NCBI GenBank assembly: GCA_021153265.1
Contig: JAGKTU010000001.1
Coordinates: forward strand, 9,936-73,935
Length of the DNA: 64,000 nt
Direction: 5' to 3'
Source of the DNA: Clostridia bacterium
GTDB taxonomy: Bacteria > Bacillota > Clostridia > Oscillospirales > Oscillospiraceae
Position numbers and translations under genes: made by a program. Below the pieces are notes generated by a model. The model was not told the origin of the DNA, made no database searches, and saw only the letters and a program-made list of their open reading frames with translations. Shown one piece after another: positions 57,998 through 64,000 of this stretch; positions within the stretch are counted from its first letter, which is position 1; the number at the start of each line of letters is the position of its first letter.

Positions 57998-60226
57998 TTA
58001 TTTCACATAGTCCATGCTGACCCAGCCCAAATCGGTACGGCCCCACGTGACCTTGCCGACCTTGGCGGTCTCCAGAATCACGATGACCGTGCCCTTGGTA
58101 TAGCGGCCAACGATGGGATTGTTGGTGCCTGCTGCGCTGCGGACACTCAGTGCGCTGGCGGTGACCTTACCGCTCTTCATCACACTGCCGGTGCCTGCAT
58201 CCACACGAATGTAGCTCAGGCAGATCCAGCCCTTTTCGGTCTTGCCCCAAGTGACACCGTCAGCAATCTTCTGCTCCGTGACCGTAACCTTGGTTCCCTT
58301 AACGTAGGTATCCACAACCTGGAAGTGCTTACCTGCGCCGGCACGGACGTTCAGACCTGCAGTGGTGATGCCGGTCAGGCTGCCGGTGGGGGTAGGAGTG
58401 GGAGTGGGGGTAGGCGCGGGAGTGGAAGGTGTGCCGGGAGTTTCGGTGGCAGGGGGTGTGACAGCGGCAGAATTCATCTTGACATAGCTCAGACAAATCC
58501 AGCCCTTTTCGGTTCTGCCCCAAACCTTGCCCTTGACGGTGGTCTGCTCCAGAACGGTGACCTTGTCGCCCTTGCGGTAGTAGTCCAGAATCTTGGCTGC
58601 GGTGCTGGGTTCCTTGCGGATACACAGAGCACTTGCAGTTACGGTGCCGGTACCATCACCCTCAGGGGTGGTGGAGCTTTCAGGAGGTGTAGGCGTATCG
58701 GGTGCGGGATCTGCACTGTCTGCAGGGGGCGTAGAAGGATCAATGGTAGACACATACATCCAATTGACGTAGTCCAGAGCGATCCAGCCCTTGCCGATAT
58801 TGCCCCAGGTCAGGCCATCCGCCGTTTTGACCTCGATGATCTCCACATAGGTATCCTTTTTCAGGGTACCCAGACGTGCACCGCTCTTGCTGGGTGTCTG
58901 GCGAATCACCAGAGAGCTGGCGCGCACCGTGCCCTCGGCGATCATATCATCCATATTGCTGCCGCCGTTGAGAACGACGGAATCATAGTTGGTGTAGCGC
59001 AGGCAGACCCAGCCCTTGCTGAACTTGCCCCACTTATTCACGCCGGTGCCGTGGGTCTCGGTGATCCACACCTGATCGCCATAATACAGACGGCCCAGCT
59101 TCTTATTATTGGTACCCGCGCCGCTGCGATAATTCACATAGTCACCGGTCACCGTTACGCGGACACCCTCGCCGGTGATTTCCGCTTCCTTCTCCAGCAC
59201 AACTTCAGTGCGGATATTCTTGGTATCCGCCTTAGCCGTCACATAGGAATCGGTCAGTTCCAGCCAGCCGCCATCGGCCAGCTTGCCGTACTTCAGACCA
59301 TCCTCGTCCACATAGTCGGCAACAATGGTAACCTCTTCACCGTCGGTGAGCAGCTTGCTGTCTGCATTCTTGTAGAAAACCTCCAGCGCGCCGCCGGTGA
59401 CCTTTCGGGTGTAGCTTGCGGCAGTACCCTTAGGTGCCTTATCACTGTCCAGAGGGCCTTCATCCTTCTGCCAGTGGGCATACAAAGTCACAGCCTTGGT
59501 GTTGGCATCCAGAGTGGTGATCCACTCGCCGCCGTCCTTCTTGGTGTACCAGCCCATGAAGCGGTAGCCGGTATATTCGGGAACGACACGAATCTCCACA
59601 GGCTGCATAGCATCATAGCCCAGCGCATCGGTGCTGCAAACGCCGCCGTTGGGGTCCAAAATCACGTAAGTATAGCTGGAAGGTGCATTGGTGCCGTAAT
59701 AGCCGTTCAGATACAGATCGGCCTCGGTCAGACGGCGATTGATCAGGCTGGTCTTCACCACACCGCCGGCATGGCAATACTGGGTAAAGTAGTTGATCAT
59801 CTCGTTGCCGGTCTTTCCGGCGATCACAGCATTCTTAAATGCACCGTCGCCTCCGACCCAGCCGGTACCCAGATTGTAGCTGAACAGAATCAGCGCATCA
59901 AACTGTGCCTGGCTCAGAGTCAGATTATTCTTTGCAGCGAAGTTGTTCACAACGTTTTCTGCACTGGCTAAGTACTGGCGCAGCAGCACATCTGCTTCGG
60001 CTCTGGTGATACCGTTGGGGTACTCATCCTTCTCACAAGCAGTACCATGGCCAATGGAGTAGTGCTTCACATCCCAGTACTGGGTCGCAGAAAAACCTTC
60101 CCAGTCCTTCAGAATCGCAACCGCTTTGTCGCTGGTTTTTAGCGCAGGCGCAGCCGACACTGTTGCAGGCAGCAAACTTGCGATCACTAACAAGGCCAGA
60201 AGGGCGCAAATCACTCTTCTTTTCAT
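57998..60226 (-). CDS. Secreted GH24 (phage-type) lysozyme with InlB B-repeat-like and multiple SH3b domains
   Basis: Signal peptide, EGF..TQYWD..HYSIGHG, QFDAL..FSYNLG, L.NRR..EA.L, GYRFMGWY..TLYAHW, five LNVR..G..WG...GW.CL.Y units, Pro/Thr linkers. Confidence 0.85.
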   Translation of the reverse strand: MKRRVICALLALLVIASLLPATVSAAPALKTSDKAVAILKDWEGFSATQYWDVKHYSIGHGTACEKDEYPNGITRAEADVLLRQYLASAENVVNNFAAKNNLTLSQAQFDALILFSYNLGTGWVGGDGAFKNAVIAGKTGNEMINYFTQYCHAGGVVKTSLINRRLTEADLYLNGYYGTNAPSSYTYVILDPNGGVCSTDALGYDAMQPVEIRVVPEYTGYRFMGWYTKKDGGEWITTLDANTKAVTLYAHWQKDEGPLDSDKAPKGTAASYTRKVTGGALEVFYKNADSKLLTDGEEVTIVADYVDEDGLKYGKLADGGWLELTDSYVTAKADTKNIRTEVVLEKEAEITGEGVRVTVTGDYVNYRSGAGTNNKKLGRLYYGDQVWITETHGTGVNKWGKFSKGWVCLRYTNYDSVVLNGGSNMDDMIAEGTVRASSLVIRQTPSKSGARLGTLKKDTYVEIIEVKTADGLTWGNIGKGWIALDYVNWMYVSTIDPSTPPADSADPAPDTPTPPESSTTPEGDGTGTVTASALCIRKEPSTAAKILDYYRKGDKVTVLEQTTVKGKVWGRTEKGWICLSYVKMNSAAVTPPATETPGTPSTPAPTPTPTPTPTGSLTGITTAGLNVRAGAGKHFQVVDTYVKGTKVTVTEQKIADGVTWGKTEKGWICLSYIRVDAGTGSVMKSGKVTASALSVRSAAGTNNPIVGRYTKGTVIVILETAKVGKVTWGRTDLGWVSMDYVK

Positions 60227-60260
60227 ATGTATCCTTCTCCTTTTTCGTCTGGTTGTGGCT

Positions 60261-60322
60261 ATTATAGCAGATGCTGTCGAGAATTGCAACCCCTTTTTAA
60301 CTTTTATTACATTTTTGTTACC
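60261..60322 (-). promoter_or_regulatory. SigA promoter with an upstream WalR-like direct repeat
   Basis: GGTAAC-N5-TGTAAT (60322-60306), then TTGCAA-17-TATAAT with extended TG. Confidence 0.6.
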
Positions 60323-60517
60323 GATTTTTATACAAAATAGTTCGCCGAACTATATCTATTTTGCACATCAGCAAACTTTCTCTCCCGCTCCATTTTTCTG
60401 CAAGAGCATTGCGTTACAAAATAAACATTTTATGTCAATCTTTCCGATATTTCCGCATTGACTTTCCGGTTCCCGGTTGATATACTCCAAGAAAGTATCC
60501 AAGAAGGAGGCCGTGTC

Positions 60518-61594
60518 ATGGCGGAAAAGGTTTTGATCGGATTGAGCGGCGGTGTAGACAGCTCTGTTGCAGCGCTGCTGCTGCAAAATGCCGGATATGC
60601 GTGCATCGGCGCCACCATGCTGCTCCATGACGGTGCAGATGAAGCAACGTCCTGTGCCGCCGCAAAGGCAGTGGAAGATGCCCGGGCCGTGGCGCAGCGA
60701 ATGGGGCTTCCCTTCCATGTTTTTTCCCTGCAGGATGCCTTCCGGGAGCATGTGATTGAGAATTTTATCCACTGTTATGAATGCGGCATGACACCCAATC
60801 CCTGCATTCAGTGCAATCGGCATCTGAAATTTGGTCTGTTTGTGCAAAAAGCGTTGGAATTGGGCTGTGATTATGTTGCTACCGGCCACTATGCCCAGAT
60901 CCGTCGGGATGAAGTCTCCGGCAGATACCAGCTTTATAAAGCTGCGGATTCTGCCAAGGATCAGACCTATTTTCTGTATACCCTGACCCAAGAGCAGCTT
61001 GCCCATGTCCGTTTCCCTCTGGGCGGCTTGACGAAAGCCGAGGCCAGAGAAATTGCAGAGAAAGCCGGTTTTGTAACGGCACGGAAACGGGACAGTCAGG
61101 ATATCTGCTTTGTACCCGACGGGGATTACGTCCGCTTCATGGAAAGTTATACCGGAAAGAAATACGAACCCGGTAATTATCTGGATCTTGACGGGAATGT
61201 GGTCGGACGGCACAAGGGCGCGGTCTGCTATACGCTGGGTCAGCGAAAGGGGCTGGGCATTGCCCTTGGTGCGCCGGTCTATGTATGCAGCAAGGATATG
61301 TCGGCCAATACCGTCACCGTCGGCCCCAACGAGGCTCTGTATTCCCGGGGTCTTCGGGCAAGGGATTGGAACTGGTTCCCCTTCCCCTCTCTCCGCGAAC
61401 CCCTTCGGGTCACCGCCAAGGCACGGCACAGTCAAAATGAGCAGCCTGCCACGGTATATCCCGAAGAAAACGGATTTGCCCGGGTGATCTTTGACACGCC
61501 CCAGCGGGCTTTGACCCCCGGACAGGCTGTGGTTTTGTATCAGGGCAACGATGTGGTCGGCGGCGGAACCATCGTGGAAATTCTGAGCGAATAA
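60518..61594 (+). CDS. mnmA: tRNA 2-thiouridylase
   Basis: SGGVDS, TPNPC..CN, ATGHYA, KDQTYFL, DSQDICF, TLGQRKG, TPGQ. Confidence 0.96.
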   Translation: MAEKVLIGLSGGVDSSVAALLLQNAGYACIGATMLLHDGADEATSCAAAKAVEDARAVAQRMGLPFHVFSLQDAFREHVIENFIHCYECGMTPNPCIQCNRHLKFGLFVQKALELGCDYVATGHYAQIRRDEVSGRYQLYKAADSAKDQTYFLYTLTQEQLAHVRFPLGGLTKAEAREIAEKAGFVTARKRDSQDICFVPDGDYVRFMESYTGKKYEPGNYLDLDGNVVGRHKGAVCYTLGQRKGLGIALGAPVYVCSKDMSANTVTVGPNEALYSRGLRARDWNWFPFPSLREPLRVTAKARHSQNEQPATVYPEENGFARVIFDTPQRALTPGQAVVLYQGNDVVGGGTIVEILSE

Positions 61595-61595
61595 G

Positions 61596-61637
61596 AAAAA
61601 GGAGGAGCAGTCTAAATAGACTGCTCCTCCTTTTTTT
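61596..61637. terminator. Bidirectional terminator
   Basis: AAAAAGGAGGAGCAGTCTA a ATAGACTGCTCCTCCTTTTTT. Confidence 0.9.
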
Positions 61638-64000
61638 ACTTTTTCTGATATTTTCCCGGCTTGGGCTTGAAGTCCGGCTTGTAGATGAACCAAACCAAAG
61701 CGCCGAAGATCAGCGCGCTCAGCAAACTGATCTTCCAGCCCCAGGAGAAGGCTTCATTGCGGTACACAAACCGGAGGGTGTGGTCACCTTCCGTCAGTTT
61801 CACACCGACCATAGTGTCGCACACCAGCTGGATCTCGGTTTTTTCACCATCCACATACACATGCCAGTTTCCATTCTGGGGAATGGATGTGTAGAGCAGG
61901 CCGTCACGGTCGCAGTGAATGGTGCCTTCCACCTTAGTATTGGAGAAGCTGGTCAGCTCCATGGTGGATGCATTCAGTTTCTCGTAGCCTTTCCAGAAAC
62001 GATCCATATTCATGATCGCCGCTGTCAGGGTCATGGCGCTGCTTTCATCGGCATCGCAGGTCATCTCCACCCGGATCCGGTCACCCTCTACCACATCGCA
62101 GACCGCCATCATCTGTCCCAGAGAAGTGGTCTCCGAATATTGGAGCTGGTCGTTGACCCGGATGGTCACATCGTTGCGCTTGGGCAGGTACAGATAGATA
62201 CACAGGAAGCCCTCAGAATCCGCTTCGTACTCATAGACAATCTGGCCATCCTGCAGGGCATTGCCGTAAGAGCAGTAGCCCGTACCGGTCCATGTGTAGA
62301 CATCAACATTCTGACCAACAATGTCCAGATTCTGGCTGCCGATCAGCCGCCACACATCCCCCTCAATGCCGGTAGCGGCAGCAAAGAGTTCATTCTGGAA
62401 CACAAACATATTGCTCCGCTCGGTATAGACCAAATCTCCCAGTTCCTCCTCAGCCAGGAAGCCCAGAGGAAGGTAGGCATTATTTCTCAGCAGATGCACT
62501 TTTCCGTAGCTGTGAACATCAGTAAACACCGAACTTCCCCGCTGGTTTCCATCCCGCTCGATCATATATTTTACGCCAAGGAACAGATCCGATACGGGAG
62601 AACCTTCTTCATAACAATACCGGTTGTAGGTATTCTTAGCACCATAGCCCAGCCCGTGCATGAACTCCGTCACTTTGACATTGGCAGAACTGGTGAAGGT
62701 GGAAACACCGTGGTAATCGTTCAGCGCGCCGTCGTTGAGGGTCTGTGCATGGGCAGTCTCGGCGCGGTAGAAAAGCGTGTCATCCTCCCGTTCCTTCATA
62801 TAGCGGATCATGGAGGCGGAGTAAGTGGTTCCGCGGGGGTAGAAATTGGTGCTTTGCAGGGGGATATGCGCGCCCATGTTCACCAGATTCATGATCAGCT
62901 CCACGATCATGATCACACTGAGGAACAGCAGCGTATTTGCTTGGCGCAGTTTCAGCCGGGCTTCTCTGCGCTGGAGTTCTCTGGTGGGAATGTAGCTCCG
63001 GTTGGGGTCGGTCTCTTGCTTCGGTTCATACCAGCCGTAGATCAACGCACCCAGATACATGGCTATGAAGCCCAGATTAAAGGGAAGGTATACCGTATCC
63101 TGCCACGTCTTGGTGCAGGATGTAACAGCCAGACACATGACACACGCGAAGATCAGCTGCCAAAGCCGGAAGCTTTTGCGGACTGTCCACGCATGATATC
63201 CCATGTACAGTACCACAAAGCTATACAGGAAGCTAAAACGGTAAGGGATCATGTTGGTAAAATGGAAACCATGCCAGATATAGTCCAGCGGACGGATAAT
63301 AAAGCTGACATTGAAGAACAGAAGCAGGAAAACTGCGCAGATCTTGTCCCGAATTTTGATCTCCTTAGCCGTCAGATACAGGAATGCAAGCATCATGGTA
63401 CCCACACCGCAGTAGAGGTTGGGCAGACCTTCCTTGAACACAGGCTCATGGGCGCCGGCCATTTGGCCCGCTACCTGCAGCACAGCATTCAGGAAGCCCT
63501 TCCAGGAATGCTCATCGGCAATATTCATAAGCAATTTTGTGGGGAATTTGTTGATGCTGGACTGGGTCGTCTGCAGCGCTGCAAAGGCAGGCAGCTCCAG
63601 AATCGCAGTCATGCCGATGGCAAGCAGGGAAAACAAGGCGATTCGGCCCAGATCCATAAAGAATCGTTTGAAGCCCTGCCAGCGGCAGATCTCATAGCAG
63701 AAGAACACCAGTGCCACGAAAATACACACGAAAAATCCCACATAATAGTTGGCAAATATCGCTATAAACAGGCTCAGGGTATACAAAATGAACTTTTTAT
63801 CCCGCAGGAGGCACACCGTACCCAGCACGACCAACGGCAGCAGTGCAAAGGTATCCATCCACATTACATTCCAGCGGTAACCAGCCACCCAGGCACAGGT
63901 CGCATAGAATGCGCCGAAAATAGAGATGGACAGATCGTCCTTGTCAAAGATCTTATTTAAGAAAATAGCAAAGAACCATCCGGCCAGACCCATGCGGATA
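61636..64000 (-). CDS. yfhO: YfhO family GT-C membrane glycosyltransferase, 5' part outside window
   Basis: N.MW.D....LPL, PNLYCG, WHGFH..NM.PYRFSF, C-terminal TSIP...NW..YVDG and last TM. The ORF continues to the window edge. Confidence 0.85.
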   Translation of the reverse strand, partial: IRMGLAGWFFAIFLNKIFDKDDLSISIFGAFYATCAWVAGYRWNVMWMDTFALLPLVVLGTVCLLRDKKFILYTLSLFIAIFANYYVGFFVCIFVALVFFCYEICRWQGFKRFFMDLGRIALFSLLAIGMTAILELPAFAALQTTQSSINKFPTKLLMNIADEHSWKGFLNAVLQVAGQMAGAHEPVFKEGLPNLYCGVGTMMLAFLYLTAKEIKIRDKICAVFLLLFFNVSFIIRPLDYIWHGFHFTNMIPYRFSFLYSFVVLYMGYHAWTVRKSFRLWQLIFACVMCLAVTSCTKTWQDTVYLPFNLGFIAMYLGALIYGWYEPKQETDPNRSYIPTRELQRREARLKLRQANTLLFLSVIMIVELIMNLVNMGAHIPLQSTNFYPRGTTYSASMIRYMKEREDDTLFYRAETAHAQTLNDGALNDYHGVSTFTSSANVKVTEFMHGLGYGAKNTYNRYCYEEGSPVSDLFLGVKYMIERDGNQRGSSVFTDVHSYGKVHLLRNNAYLPLGFLAEEELGDLVYTERSNMFVFQNELFAAATGIEGDVWRLIGSQNLDIVGQNVDVYTWTGTGYCSYGNALQDGQIVYEYEADSEGFLCIYLYLPKRNDVTIRVNDQLQYSETTSLGQMMAVCDVVEGDRIRVEMTCDADESSAMTLTAAIMNMDRFWKGYEKLNASTMELTSFSNTKVEGTIHCDRDGLLYTSIPQNGNWHVYVDGEKTEIQLVCDTMVGVKLTEGDHTLRFVYRNEAFSWGWKISLLSALIFGALVWFIYKPDFKPKPGKYQKK

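Noticed and set aside
57998-60226. Prophage remnant suggested by the GH24 domain
   Set aside because: No holin, integrase or structural genes. It has a signal peptide and housekeeping neighbours.
60227-60517. c-di-AMP or other riboswitch before the cell-wall hydrolase
   Set aside because: The predicted promoter leaves only a ~30-nt leader. The inverted repeats at about 60333-60363 lie upstream of it and match no aptamer I recognise.

Overview
A 64 kb stretch of core chromosome from a moderately GC-rich, spore-forming clostridial bacterium. Gene content and codon style suggest Oscillospiraceae/Ruminococcaceae (inference). It holds about 64 protein-coding genes, and I saw no rRNA, tRNA, CRISPR array, IS element or prophage. 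Recognisable blocks are: a truncated GH2 beta-galactosidase; a divergent aminotransferase / glutamine synthetase III pair; Na/Pi symporter-dut-nrdG-PAP2-AI-2E; TIGR04255-Zn peptidase-HD hydrolase; AbrB-ynbB-EamA; pncB; an uncharacterised MFS-like/4TM/surface-protein trio; udp; the conserved pyrH-frr-uppS-cdsA-dxr-rseP-ispG-polC operon; glnS; an XRE cassette; a rex paralogue; spoIIGA-sigE; rarA; a COG0523 metallochaperone pair; a SpoVID-like coat protein; an FHA-SEDS fusion plus PBP; nfo/WYL; a frameshifted CPBP protease; two flavoproteins; ylmH-DUF896; ygiQ; thyA-folA; a secreted GH24/SH3 lysozyme; mnmA; and a truncated yfhO. The best unexplained signal is a probable ~75-nt small RNA at about 41347-41420. 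It has its own promoter, an adjacent perfect Spo0A box, C-rich loops and a terminator. Several regularly spaced operator arrays also stand out (XRE, rex paralogue, AbrB, WalR-like). Start codons were adjusted from the ORF track where an RBS indicated a better start. All family assignments come from motif recognition by eye, not from database searches.
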